Assembly: GCA_009692265.1 (NCBI GenBank)
Contig: SHZM01000012.1
Location: forward strand, 4,273 to 68,272
Direction of reading: 5' to 3'
DNA from: Gammaproteobacteria bacterium
Lineage (GTDB): Bacteria > Pseudomonadota > Gammaproteobacteria > Ga0077536
Length of the DNA: 64,000 nt
Shown here: positions 29,253 to 38,244 of the stretch, one piece after another
How the letters are laid out: each line of letters starts with the position of its first letter
Position numbering within the stretch: position 1 is the first letter of the stretch
Program-made: the position numbers and the translations under genes
The notes under the pieces: generated by a model
Told to the model about the DNA's origin: nothing
The model's database searches: none
Seen by the model: the letters and a program-made list of their open reading frames with translations, nothing else

Positions 29253-30545
29253 ATGCCGCGGTTAAATCTGGCCGTATTCGGCGCTTTTATCTTCTATTGT
29301 TCGGGTGCAAGCGCGACCGAAGCCGTACTGGATACCGGCAACACTGCGTGGCTGATCACTGCGACAGTATTGGTGCTCTTCATGACCTTACCGGGTCTCG
29401 CCTTCTTCTATGGCGGTCTCGTCCGCACCAAAAACGCGCTTTCGATCTTAATGCAATGTTTCGCGATCACTTGCTTAGTCTCAATAGCGTGGTTTGTGGG
29501 TGGCTATGGGCTTGCGTTCGGCAATGGCGGCGACTGGCAAGCCTGGATCGGTGGCGGTAACTGGTTCCTGGCGAATGTCACACGCGACAGTCTTTCGGGT
29601 TCGATTCCTGAATCAGTATTTCTGATGTTCCAAATGACCTTTGCGATTATCACCCCTGCTCTCGTGATCGGCAGGTTCGCAGAGCGGATGAAATTTTCCG
29701 CAGTTTTGGGCTTTAGTCTGTTGTGGTTGTTTTTGGTGTACGCGCCCGTTTGCCATTGGGTGTGGGGTGGCGGCTGGTTAGCGACTCGTGGATTGCTTGA
29801 TTTCGCTGGCGGCACCGTGGTTCATTTGAACGCCGGGGTCGCGGCGATGGTTGCCGCGCTGATGTTGGGTCGCCGTCGGGACTTTCCTGAGGCCGGTATG
29901 TCGCCGCACAACATGACGATGGCAGTGGCTGGGGCGTCCATGTTGTGGGTGGGGTGGTTTGGGTTTAACGCGGGCAGCGCGTTGGCCGCAAATGGCAGCG
30001 CTGGCATGACGATGCTAGTTACCCATATCTCGGCTGCCGCTGGCTCTCTCGCGTGGATGACGATGGAGTGGATCAAATACGGGAAGCCCAGCGTCCTGGG
30101 TATCATCACGGGGATGGTCGCCGGGCTCGGCACGATCACGCCTGCTTCTGGCTACGTGAGCCCGGCGAGCGCACTTTTGATCGGGCTCGTCGCCGGAGTG
30201 GTGTGCTATTACGCCACGCAGTTCGTGAAGCGAAAACTTAAAATCGACGACTCGCTTGATGTGTTCCCGGTCCACGGTATAGGCGGAATTCTAGGCACGT
30301 TATCCGCCGGAATTTTTGCGTCCGGCGAGCTCGGCGGTGCCGGTTATGCCGAGGGTGTGACGATGTTGGATCAGCTCGGCGTTCAAGCGCTCGGTATCGC
30401 AGCCACATTGATTTGGTGTGCAGTCGGTACGTTTGGGATTTTTAAGCTTTTAGATCTGACAGTGGGCCTCCGGGTGGGTGCCGACCATGAAACTGAAGGC
30501 TTGGATGTACGCGATCACGGCGAAAGGGCATACATGATTTCGTAG
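29253..30545 (+). CDS. amtB: Ammonium transporter
   Basis: 430 aa with a signal peptide and 11 TM helices. Amt signature regions are present (DFAGGTVVH, VHGIGGILG). Confidence 0.95.
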   Translation: MPRLNLAVFGAFIFYCSGASATEAVLDTGNTAWLITATVLVLFMTLPGLAFFYGGLVRTKNALSILMQCFAITCLVSIAWFVGGYGLAFGNGGDWQAWIGGGNWFLANVTRDSLSGSIPESVFLMFQMTFAIITPALVIGRFAERMKFSAVLGFSLLWLFLVYAPVCHWVWGGGWLATRGLLDFAGGTVVHLNAGVAAMVAALMLGRRRDFPEAGMSPHNMTMAVAGASMLWVGWFGFNAGSALAANGSAGMTMLVTHISAAAGSLAWMTMEWIKYGKPSVLGIITGMVAGLGTITPASGYVSPASALLIGLVAGVVCYYATQFVKRKLKIDDSLDVFPVHGIGGILGTLSAGIFASGELGGAGYAEGVTMLDQLGVQALGIAATLIWCAVGTFGIFKLLDLTVGLRVGADHETEGLDVRDHGERAYMIS

Positions 30546-30808
30546 TCCCCGATCTTGTTGCATCTGCGACACTAGCATTCGAATGGGGAGCCTAAATCGC
30601 TTCATTGCAGTGCACAACAGTTACTAGAAAGCCCTTAAGTGGTACGGACTTAGCCCTAATTTCTAGACGGACAGAAAAAGTTGGATTTGTGCCTTGCAAG
30701 CACCCGAAACAACCACTATAAAGGAGACATGCGTCGGGGCCCGCGCCCGCATCCACCAACCGGATGCGCAACGATTGGGACACCGAATTCACGAGGAGCA
30801 AAGTAAAG

Positions 30809-31630
30809 ATGATTAGGACATTACTCAGAGGCGCGGCAGTTTGCACTCTTGCAGCCTTCACTGCGATCGGGTATTGCGAAGAGGCGGCACCAGAAGAGAC
30901 GGGCCCTTTCGCGACGGGGAACTTCAGCAGCACGGTCTGGCTGACTAACCAATACATGTTCCGCGGAATTTCTAATTCGGATGGTCCAGCGGTCCAAGGC
31001 AGCTTGGATTGGACTTACAACGGCTTCTTTGCCGGTGCATGGGGTTCGAATACTGAGTTCTCCGACTCAAATTTTGAAATCGATTATTACGGTGGTTACC
31101 GTTGGTCGTGGAGCGGAGTCGATTTAGCCCTTCAAGGCATCTACTACGCCTACCCAGGCGAGGATGAGAACGATTTTGAAGGGCTGGATCCCTTCGGCGG
31201 CATCGAAGCCGATTACGGTGAGGTAAATATTGGCGCATCCCATACGTTTGAGAGCCAGCTCTCACCGACGATTGGGGTCAACTACTATTACTCCCCGGAT
31301 ACCTTCGGCGAGGACGGAGATTCCCATACCCTGCAGGGGAGTTTTGGCCTAACCCTTCCCGCTGAAATCGGTTTCTACACAAATGTTGGCTGGAATGACA
31401 CCGAAGGCGATAAGTCGTCCGGCTTTCTCGGTGGGTACGAATATGTGTATTTCAGTGTCGGGATAAACAAAGTACTTAAGGGATTCAAGCTTGACATCGG
31501 TTACCACGGTACCGACGAGAGCGATTCGCTTGAGGCTTTCTATGCTCCTGCCGCACCACCGGCATTCCCGGATAGTTTCCGCGAGCTGATTGAAGGAGAG
31601 TTTGTCTTTACGGTGTCGCGAAGTTTTTGA
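30809..31630 (+). CDS. TorF-family putative outer-membrane porin (Gcw_chp / TIGR02001-like)
   Basis: AGGAG precedes the ATG at 30809. It has a signal peptide and the motif VWLTNQYMFRGISNSDGPAVQGSLDW, and it ends in an aromatic residue, SRSF. Confidence 0.6.
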   Translation: MIRTLLRGAAVCTLAAFTAIGYCEEAAPEETGPFATGNFSSTVWLTNQYMFRGISNSDGPAVQGSLDWTYNGFFAGAWGSNTEFSDSNFEIDYYGGYRWSWSGVDLALQGIYYAYPGEDENDFEGLDPFGGIEADYGEVNIGASHTFESQLSPTIGVNYYYSPDTFGEDGDSHTLQGSFGLTLPAEIGFYTNVGWNDTEGDKSSGFLGGYEYVYFSVGINKVLKGFKLDIGYHGTDESDSLEAFYAPAAPPAFPDSFRELIEGEFVFTVSRSF

Positions 31631-31657
31631 CGACTCCGCCTACCGATCAACTGACCG

Positions 31658-31686
31658 CAACGGCCCTTCGGGGCCGTTGTTTTTTT
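31658..31686 (+). terminator. Rho-independent terminator after the TorF-family gene
   Basis: CAACGGCCC-ttcg-GGGCCGTTG forms a 9-bp stem with a tetraloop. It is followed by T7. Confidence 0.85.
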
Positions 31687-31699
31687 GGCCTGGTAGTCA

Positions 31700-31939
31700 C
31701 TAAGTCAGCGACTTATGCGTCCCATCGCAGGCAGGGGCATTCTTAGTCCGCTTGCAGGCGCAAAGCCACAGCGTTTTCTTCTCATCCAGTTTAATCGCCT
31801 GGGGCGAAAACTCCGAGCCTTTATGCGACCCATCGCAGAACGGCTGCTTCTGTGATTTTCCGCAAGAACACCACCAGTACTGACCCGGCTCAAGATCAAC
31901 CTTAATCGGGAATTTCTGTGCGCAAACGGGTTCGCTCAT
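31700..31939 (-). CDS. CDGSH iron-sulfur domain protein (two CDGSH motifs)
   Basis: An internal ATG at 31939 gives a 79-aa protein with CSCGKSQKQPFCDGSHKG and CACKRTKNAPACDGTHK. The longer track ORF is probably an over-extension. Confidence 0.75.
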   Translation of the reverse strand: MSEPVCAQKFPIKVDLEPGQYWWCSCGKSQKQPFCDGSHKGSEFSPQAIKLDEKKTLWLCACKRTKNAPACDGTHKSLT

Positions 31940-32150
31940 GACGACCTCACTGTTGTTTAGATGAAATATAAGCACCGGCTTCGGAGCCGCTCGCCGGCTT
32001 TTAATAGCGCCGACCTGCTCATACAATACGGCACGACGATCACCGCTGACAACGGCATCCGTCGCTTGGCTCGACATGGTACAAGCACGACAGCCTGACG
32101 CGTGCGGGGCGCGAGCATCGATTAACGAGTAAGAGAGCACCTGTAATCCC

Positions 32151-33191
32151 ATGGCTGATGGAAAACTCGTAGATAAACTGGTCTTGAAGTCGTTGGTGCC
32201 CGCGAACGCGCTGAATGCCGAAAACTTTCAGGAACTAGCGAGTAAGGCCTTCGCCGAAGAGGCGGCGGCGGGAAAAACGATCTTCAAAGCCGGCGATTTG
32301 GATCGTAAATCAACCTATCTTTTGGAAGGACAAGTTGTCCTCACCGATGCGACAGGTAAAGCAGTAACGGTGACCGGCGGTACTGATGTTGCGAAACACC
32401 CGCTCGCGAATCAGCAGCCGCGTCAGCAAACGGCGAAGGCGAAGACCGACTGCAAACTCACGCGCTTCGACACAGATCTGCTGGATATTCTGCTGAGCTG
32501 GGATCAACTTTCAGGAATCGAAGTCAACGAAATTCGAGGTGGCGGCGACGATTCTGAGGACGTCGACTGGATGACGCGTATTCTTCAGTCTCAGGCGTTT
32601 TTGCAGATCCCTGCGGCCAATATCCAGGCAATGTTCATGCGCATGCATGAAGTGCCGATGCGCGCCGGCGAGACCGTGATTCGTCAGGGCGAAGAGGGTG
32701 ACTATTACTACATCATCAAGTCGGGGAAAGCCAAAGTCTTCCGCACCTCGAAGACCGGTGCGGAACTCACGCTGGCGACATTGAAAGACGGCGATGCGTT
32801 CGGCGAGGAAGCACTTCTCTCGGAGGCGAAAAGAAACGCAACCATCACGATGGATTCAGATGGCACGTTAATGCGTCTCTCCAAGGACGATTTTAACGCC
32901 CTCCTGAAGGAGCCTATGCTCAATTGGGTAACCAAAGAAAAGGCCCTCGACCGAGTGCAGGCCGGCGCCAAATGGTTGGATGTACGCCTGGAAAGTGAAC
33001 ATGCGAATGATGGGATAAAAGGGAGCCTCAATATCCCGCTATTCATGCTTCGCCTGAAGATCGACTCTCTCGACATCAAAACGCCCTATATCCTCTACTG
33101 TGACACAGGGCGACGAAGTTCTGCGGCTGCTTTCCTGTTAAGTGAGCGTGGGTTTCAAGCCTATGTTCTAAAGGGTGGCGTCGCCGGGTAG
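32151..33191 (+). CDS. Tandem cyclic-nucleotide-binding domain protein with a C-terminal rhodanese domain
   Basis: The second cNMP domain has the phosphate-binding cassette FGEEALLSEAKRNATI. The first domain is degenerate. The rhodanese domain has the active-site loop YCDTGRRS. Confidence 0.75.
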   Translation: MADGKLVDKLVLKSLVPANALNAENFQELASKAFAEEAAAGKTIFKAGDLDRKSTYLLEGQVVLTDATGKAVTVTGGTDVAKHPLANQQPRQQTAKAKTDCKLTRFDTDLLDILLSWDQLSGIEVNEIRGGGDDSEDVDWMTRILQSQAFLQIPAANIQAMFMRMHEVPMRAGETVIRQGEEGDYYYIIKSGKAKVFRTSKTGAELTLATLKDGDAFGEEALLSEAKRNATITMDSDGTLMRLSKDDFNALLKEPMLNWVTKEKALDRVQAGAKWLDVRLESEHANDGIKGSLNIPLFMLRLKIDSLDIKTPYILYCDTGRRSSAAAFLLSERGFQAYVLKGGVAG

Positions 33192-33193
33192 AA

Positions 33194-34090
33194 ATGCTGC
33201 GGGATACGCTTCGCTTGATGGCTCTCGCTACCGTACCGGCGCTCGCATCCTTCAAACCACTTTCAGGAGCGACATTCTGCTGCGTGCTCGGTAGCCCGAT
33301 TGCGCATAGCAAATCGCCACTCATCCACCGCCTATTCGCTGAGCAATCTGGGCTACGCCTTCAGTACGAGCGATTCGAAGTAAAGCCTGCAGAGCTCGGC
33401 CAAGCGTTGGCAGTCCTCCACGCGCTTGGGTGCCTCGGCGTGAACGTTACTATCCCGCTCAAAGAAGAAGCGCGCCGCCTTGCCACCCACGCCACGCCCC
33501 AAGCCGAGCTCGCGGGTGCCGCAAATACCTTGTGGTGGGCGCGCGCTCGTCTGCAGTGCGGCAACACCGATGGACTGGGGCTGGTTAATGACTTGCTTAT
33601 CTCTCGTTTCGCGGCGCTTGAGGGTAGCCGCATCCTGCTGCTGGGCGCGGGGGGGGCTGCCGCAGGTGTCATTCCAGCGCTGCTTGAGACGCACCCACAG
33701 GAACTCGTGGTACTAAACCGCACGCCCGCCCGTGCACAGATCCTCGTTGCGCGCCACCCCACCAAGCGCTGCCTCAAGGTTGCGGTGCCGGAAACAACGT
33801 TTGTGCGACCGTTTGATCTGGTAATCAATGCAACGTCGTCAAGCCTCAACGCGACGGTGCCGGTCGTAGATCCGAGTGCGATAGGTTCACAGACAGCCTG
33901 CTACGACATGTTTTACGGAGTCGGCGAGACGACGTTTTTACGCTGGGGGCGCGCGCTCGGCGCGACACGTTGCCGCGATGGCTTAGGTATGTTGATCGAA
34001 CAAGCGGCGGTCGCTTTTTATCAGTGGCATAAACGAAAGCCCGAGACTCCGCCAGTATTTTTAGCACTTGGGAGGTCGTTGATTGGATAG
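33194..34090 (+). CDS. aroE: Shikimate dehydrogenase
   Basis: GSPIAHSKSPLIH, the NVTIPLKE motif and the Rossmann motif LLLGAGGAA are present. The N-terminus is uncertain; the track start gives a roughly 25-aa extension relative to E. coli AroE. Confidence 0.85.
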   Translation: MLRDTLRLMALATVPALASFKPLSGATFCCVLGSPIAHSKSPLIHRLFAEQSGLRLQYERFEVKPAELGQALAVLHALGCLGVNVTIPLKEEARRLATHATPQAELAGAANTLWWARARLQCGNTDGLGLVNDLLISRFAALEGSRILLLGAGGAAAGVIPALLETHPQELVVLNRTPARAQILVARHPTKRCLKVAVPETTFVRPFDLVINATSSSLNATVPVVDPSAIGSQTACYDMFYGVGETTFLRWGRALGATRCRDGLGMLIEQAAVAFYQWHKRKPETPPVFLALGRSLIG

Positions 34091-34125
34091 GTCTGGAAAA
34101 AGGTGCGCTGTAGAAACATTGCGCC

Positions 34126-34134
34126 TTATACACA
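34126..34134 (+). promoter_or_regulatory. DnaA-box consensus match (TTATACACA)
   Basis: It fits TTATNCACA exactly and lies on the left flank of the AT-rich spacer. Confidence 0.35.
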
Positions 34135-34297
34135 GTGAAGCGCCCGCAGTAACAAAAGTTACCAATTAGCGTAATCGATAGATGTTAGATCTCAATTAAT
34201 TTCTATAACTGTATGAAAATTATTAATAAAATCATTATTGATTAAAGAGTAATCATTTTAACAATGACCTAGCGGGTGGGCGGGCCTTGGGGGAATA

Positions 34298-34310
34298 AAC
34301 CCATCTCGTG
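34298..34310 (+). repeat. 13-nt exact direct repeat AACCCATCTCGTG, copy 1 (downstream of rsmA)
   Basis: It is identical to 37533..37545 on the same strand. Confidence 0.9.
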
Positions 34311-34317
34311 CACAGAG

Positions 34318-34326
34318 TTATCCACA
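34318..34326 (+). promoter_or_regulatory. Perfect DnaA box (TTATCCACA)
   Basis: It matches the strict E. coli R-box consensus exactly. It is followed by gaattTGTGCACAA, which makes an imperfect inverted repeat. Confidence 0.4.
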
Positions 34327-34377
34327 GAATTTGTGCACAACTAAGGGGCCCAATCGGAGCCCGAGTGAGAGTAAAAA

Positions 34378-35220
34378 CTACGGGGAGGCCGGCGTAGAGG
34401 GTGAGCGGGCCAATTCGTGCGCAAGGGCCAAGTATTGCTCGACGCTTATTTCTTCGGGGCGCTGGGACAGCTTGATCTGATGCTTTTCCAGCGTATCTTC
34501 GCTCACCAGCTTACCCAACGTGTGGCGTAACATTTTGCGGCGGTGCGCAAAGGCCGCAGCGACCAAGTTGCTGAGTGCGCTTAAGCCGACTTCAGCGTTC
34601 AGCGTCGTCACCCGCGGACGCAGTGAAACAACGCAGGAATCGACTTTTGGTGGTGGCGAGAATGCCGCTGGCTCCACATCGAGTATCTGGTCGACATGCA
34701 TATAGGCCTGCACCATCACTGATAACCTGCCGTAATCCGGGGTACTAGGTTGTCCGGTGAGTCGCTCTGCGACTTCCTTTTGCACCATCAGGCACATATC
34801 GGCGACACATTCTCTTATTTGCAAAAACCGGAATAACAATGGGGTGGCAATGTTGTACGGCAGGTTGCCAATTATCCGAAGTTTTCCGACTTGAGCCGCC
34901 AAGTTGGCAAAATCAAATGTCAACGCGTCCGCTTCATGGATCGTCACGCGCTCCGCTCCAGTGAAAATCGCGCGCAATCCCGAAATCAGGTCGCGATCGA
35001 TTTCGACCGCCTCAACACGCGTACCGGTGGCAACTAAGTGCTTGGTTAACGCACCGCGGCCCGGTCCAATTTCGACTGCAACGTCGGTGGGGCTCAGCGC
35101 CAAATAACGCACAATATCGGTGATGGCTTGCTCGTCTGTTAGAAAATGCTGGCCAAACCGCTTACGCGCGTGAGACGGAAACCCTGACTCGCGCGGATCA
35201 GTGCCGCGCGGCATGTTCAT
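34378..35220 (-). CDS. rsmA: 16S rRNA (adenine1518/1519-N6)-dimethyltransferase
   Basis: KRFGQHFL, the SAM motif VEIGPGRGALT and GNLPYNI are present. It lies downstream of pdxA. Confidence 0.9.
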   Translation of the reverse strand: MNMPRGTDPRESGFPSHARKRFGQHFLTDEQAITDIVRYLALSPTDVAVEIGPGRGALTKHLVATGTRVEAVEIDRDLISGLRAIFTGAERVTIHEADALTFDFANLAAQVGKLRIIGNLPYNIATPLLFRFLQIRECVADMCLMVQKEVAERLTGQPSTPDYGRLSVMVQAYMHVDQILDVEPAAFSPPPKVDSCVVSLRPRVTTLNAEVGLSALSNLVAAAFAHRRKMLRHTLGKLVSEDTLEKHQIKLSQRPEEISVEQYLALAHELARSPSTPASP

Positions 35221-36181
35221 GCAAAGAAATCGCTAATTCAATTGCAGAGTGCAGGCTGCTGGAGATTGCGCGGCCAGTGCCAGCGAGGTCCAATGCGGTG
35301 CCGTGATCTACGGAAGTACGAATAAACGGTAGACCGAGCGTTACATTAACCGCATTTCCAAACCCCAATGCTTTAAGGACCGGCAACCCCTGGTCATGGT
35401 ACATGCAGACAAAGGCGTCGAACTGTTCGCGAGCAAGCGGCGCAAAGACTGTATCGGCTGAAGCGGGGCCCGTGACATTCAGTCCCTCGCGTCGTGCTGC
35501 TTCGATCGCTGGTGCGATGATTTCAATATCCTCTCGTCCAAGATGCCCGTGTTCGCCGGCATGGGGGTTGAGGCCACACACCACGAGTCTTGGGCGCGGT
35601 ACTCCGAAGCGGGTCGCGAGTGCCTGTCCGACACTGCGAATAACATAGCCAACACTTTCCACGGTAAGTGCGTCCGGTACTTCGCGCAATGGAAGATGCG
35701 TGGTGGCGAGCGCGACACGGAGTTTGTCAGCGACTAGCATCATCACGGGCTTGCAGCCGACTCGATTCGCAAGGTATTCGGTGTGTCCACTAAACGCATA
35801 ACCGGCATCGTTGATGACGCTTTTCTGCACCGGCCCAGTAACTACTGCGTCAAATTCACGGGAGAGGCAACCGTCGATCGCGCGATCGAGTGTTTCTAAG
35901 ACATAGGCTGCGTTGCATATATCTAATACACCTACGGTGACGGGAGTTCGTAGTCGGATCGGCTCGATCGAGAGCGACTCTGCATTCAAGGTTGAATATA
36001 GCGGTATCTCAAAGTCGCATCCCAACAACCTGCTGCGCGCTCGAAGTAGATCGGGATCCCCGATGACGACTAGCTGGGCAGGAAATCGTGACGCAACAAC
36101 GGACAGGGTAATGTCAGGTCCTATCCCTGCCGGTTCGCCCGGTGTTATCGCGATACGTGGCCCGAGTCGAGTGTCGTTCAC
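35198..36181 (-). CDS. pdxA: 4-hydroxythreonine-4-phosphate dehydrogenase
   Basis: 327 aa with ITPGEPAGIGPD, GLNPHAGE and RTSVDHGTA. It overlaps the surA stop by 4 nt. Confidence 0.9.
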   Translation of the reverse strand: MNDTRLGPRIAITPGEPAGIGPDITLSVVASRFPAQLVVIGDPDLLRARSRLLGCDFEIPLYSTLNAESLSIEPIRLRTPVTVGVLDICNAAYVLETLDRAIDGCLSREFDAVVTGPVQKSVINDAGYAFSGHTEYLANRVGCKPVMMLVADKLRVALATTHLPLREVPDALTVESVGYVIRSVGQALATRFGVPRPRLVVCGLNPHAGEHGHLGREDIEIIAPAIEAARREGLNVTGPASADTVFAPLAREQFDAFVCMYHDQGLPVLKALGFGNAVNVTLGLPFIRTSVDHGTALDLAGTGRAISSSLHSAIELAISLHEHAARH

Positions 36182-37458
36182 TCTTGTGTTCGCAACTCGA
36201 CGTAAGCTTCATCACGCAGCCGGCGTTGCCACTCTTGGTAAGCTTCTTCGCGCTTGCGCGCCAGGATTGCCTCTCTCGCGCGCGCGCGCCGCACTTCGTC
36301 GGTTCCATCGTAAGTCCGGCGCTCGAGAACTTCCATCACGTGCCAACCGAACTCGCTGCGAAAGGGTGCACTGAGTTCCTTTGGCTGCATCGCCAACATG
36401 ACTTCTTCGAATTCTGGAACCATTTGCCCCTTGCTCACCCACCCCAAATCGCCGCCTTGCAACGCTGAGCCACGATCATCGGAATGCGTGCGAGCTACCG
36501 AGGCGAAATCATCCCCACTATCCAGGCGCAGTCGCAGCTGGCGAAGTCGTTCTAACGCCTCGTCCTCGGTAACGAGTTCGCTTGGCGTAATCAGAATATG
36601 CCGGACGTGGGTTTGCTCAAGCATGATCTTTTCACCGCTGCGTCGTTCATTCAGTTTGACAATGTGCAAACCATTCGGACTTGTAATAACGCCACTGTAC
36701 GTCCCAATTTCTAACGACTGTACCGCGTCGGCAAGCAAGCTCGGGATTTCTTCAATTTTGCGCCAACCGAGTTCACCTTTATCAAGGGCATCTTGGGCAT
36801 CCGAGGTCGCTATCGCGAGATCGCCAAATTCCGACCCTTCGGCCAGTCTTTTTAGAACTAACTCCGCTCTTTCGCGGGCTTCCGCTCGTTCATCATCGGT
36901 GGAATTCGACGGTACCGAAATAAGAATATGGGAGACATCGTATTCAACATCACTATCCGTGTCCCCTTGCTCGCTGCTTAACTCATTCGCGATCTCTCGC
37001 TCACTGACTTGAATTTTGCGCTCGACCTCCTCTCGACGAAGCTTCGCCAGGATAATTTCTTGACGAATGTCTTGTCTAAAACGAACGAAGTCATAGCCGT
37101 CCGAGCGCAAGATTTCTTTGAATTCGGGAAGCGACAGATTGTTTTTCTTTGCAATATCGCTGATGGCCTGATCCAGATTGTCTTCCGTAACCGAAACCTG
37201 TGCTTGTTCTGCTAGTTGGAGTTGAATTTTCTCCAGGATTAGGCGTTCCATCACCTGTCTTTCGAGTATCTCAGTCGGCGGCAATTCCGAGCCGTTCTGG
37301 CGCAATTCACCGCGCACACGATTGAGTTGTTGGTCTAACTCACTCCGCATGACCACGTCGTCATCGACAATCGCGACAATGCGATCGAGCTCGATTGCGG
37401 ACACGCTGATCGAGAAACAGAGAACTGAGAGAACTCGGAAAATAATTCTATCCACCAT
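36178..37458 (-). CDS. surA: Periplasmic chaperone / peptidyl-prolyl isomerase SurA
   Basis: 426 aa with a signal peptide, the SurA N-domain (DRIVAIVDDDVVMRSELD) and two parvulin domains. Confidence 0.9.
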   Translation of the reverse strand: MVDRIIFRVLSVLCFSISVSAIELDRIVAIVDDDVVMRSELDQQLNRVRGELRQNGSELPPTEILERQVMERLILEKIQLQLAEQAQVSVTEDNLDQAISDIAKKNNLSLPEFKEILRSDGYDFVRFRQDIRQEIILAKLRREEVERKIQVSEREIANELSSEQGDTDSDVEYDVSHILISVPSNSTDDERAEARERAELVLKRLAEGSEFGDLAIATSDAQDALDKGELGWRKIEEIPSLLADAVQSLEIGTYSGVITSPNGLHIVKLNERRSGEKIMLEQTHVRHILITPSELVTEDEALERLRQLRLRLDSGDDFASVARTHSDDRGSALQGGDLGWVSKGQMVPEFEEVMLAMQPKELSAPFRSEFGWHVMEVLERRTYDGTDEVRRARAREAILARKREEAYQEWQRRLRDEAYVELRTQE

Positions 37459-37532
37459 AGATTTTGCGGGTTCTGGTAAATCAAGTTAGTGTCGGTGTTG
37501 CAAATAGACTAGACACTTGCGGCGCGGATTCT

Positions 37533-37545
37533 AACCCATCTCGTG
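37533..37545 (+). repeat. 13-nt exact direct repeat AACCCATCTCGTG, copy 2 (upstream of surA)
   Basis: It is identical to 34298..34310 on the same strand. Confidence 0.9.
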
Positions 37546-37653
37546 GGGACACCCGAAAATTCTTTCCGCCTCTGCTGGTCGCCGTTGCTCGATTTCTGCG
37601 AATTTAATGTGCCATATCCAGAATCCGAGCCACAAAATATCCCCGGGTTTGCG

Positions 37654-38244
37654 TTACTTCGCCGAGTGCATTAAGCGGTGAATTTCCTCTTCGATGAGTG
37701 CTATTCGTGCAAGATCGTCTTCCAAACCGAGGAGCTCGTATCGCTGTGAGAGCGATAAAGGTAGTAATTCGGCAATGCGGTACGCTACTTCCGTGCTTGG
37801 TGAGTCGGGTCGGATACGGTCGCGTACAGGGTTCTGCTCCGACAAAGTCTTTAGCAGTAGCTGCAGCAGCTCGCTTTTTTCAGGATTGGTGCTGGTGCTC
37901 GGTTCCGTGACCCACTCGACGTCGGCGACAGTAAGCTGATTAGGCATTACCGACAATGAACCGATCCGGAATCGTTTTGAACCTTTAATTTCGATATGGA
38001 GGAATCCGTCAGAGCCCTGCGACCAATCGATGATTTCGGCGTAAGTACCGATCGGATAAGGGATTGCAGCAGGTCCTGCTTCGCGACCGTCTTTAATTGC
38101 GACGACACCAAAACCGGTGCCCTGTCGAAGACAATCGCGTACCAAATCAAGGTACCGTGGCTCGAAAATTCGTAACGCGAGCTGTCCGCCCGGAAACAAC
38201 ACCGTTTGGAGCGGAAACAATGCCAGACGTTCAGGGGTTTTCAT
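37654..38244 (-). CDS. LON substrate-binding (Lon N-terminal) domain protein
   Basis: 196 aa. It starts LALFPLQTVLFPGGQLALRIFEPRYLDLV, which is typical of stand-alone Lon N-domain proteins. Confidence 0.7.
   Translation of the reverse strand: MKTPERLALFPLQTVLFPGGQLALRIFEPRYLDLVRDCLRQGTGFGVVAIKDGREAGPAAIPYPIGTYAEIIDWSQGSDGFLHIEIKGSKRFRIGSLSVMPNQLTVADVEWVTEPSTSTNPEKSELLQLLLKTLSEQNPVRDRIRPDSPSTEVAYRIAELLPLSLSQRYELLGLEDDLARIALIEEEIHRLMHSAK

Noticed and set aside
30682-30698. A sigma54-like motif, TGGATTTGTGCCTTGCA, lies upstream of the TorF-family gene.
   Set aside because: The GG-to-GC spacing is 11 nt instead of the required 10, and the -24 region lacks the CA(C/T) element. I do not call it a promoter.
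34091-34377. The AT-rich spacer could be read as the chromosomal origin (oriC) or as a dif terminus site.
   Set aside because: For oriC, the flanking genes converge on the spacer rather than diverge. There are only two good DnaA boxes and one GATC, and neither dnaA nor gidA is nearby. For dif, I found no acceptable match to the XerC-arm/6-bp/XerD-arm structure; the best XerD-arm-like match is 8 of 11 with no XerC arm. It is kept only as an unexplained DnaA-box/AT-rich element.
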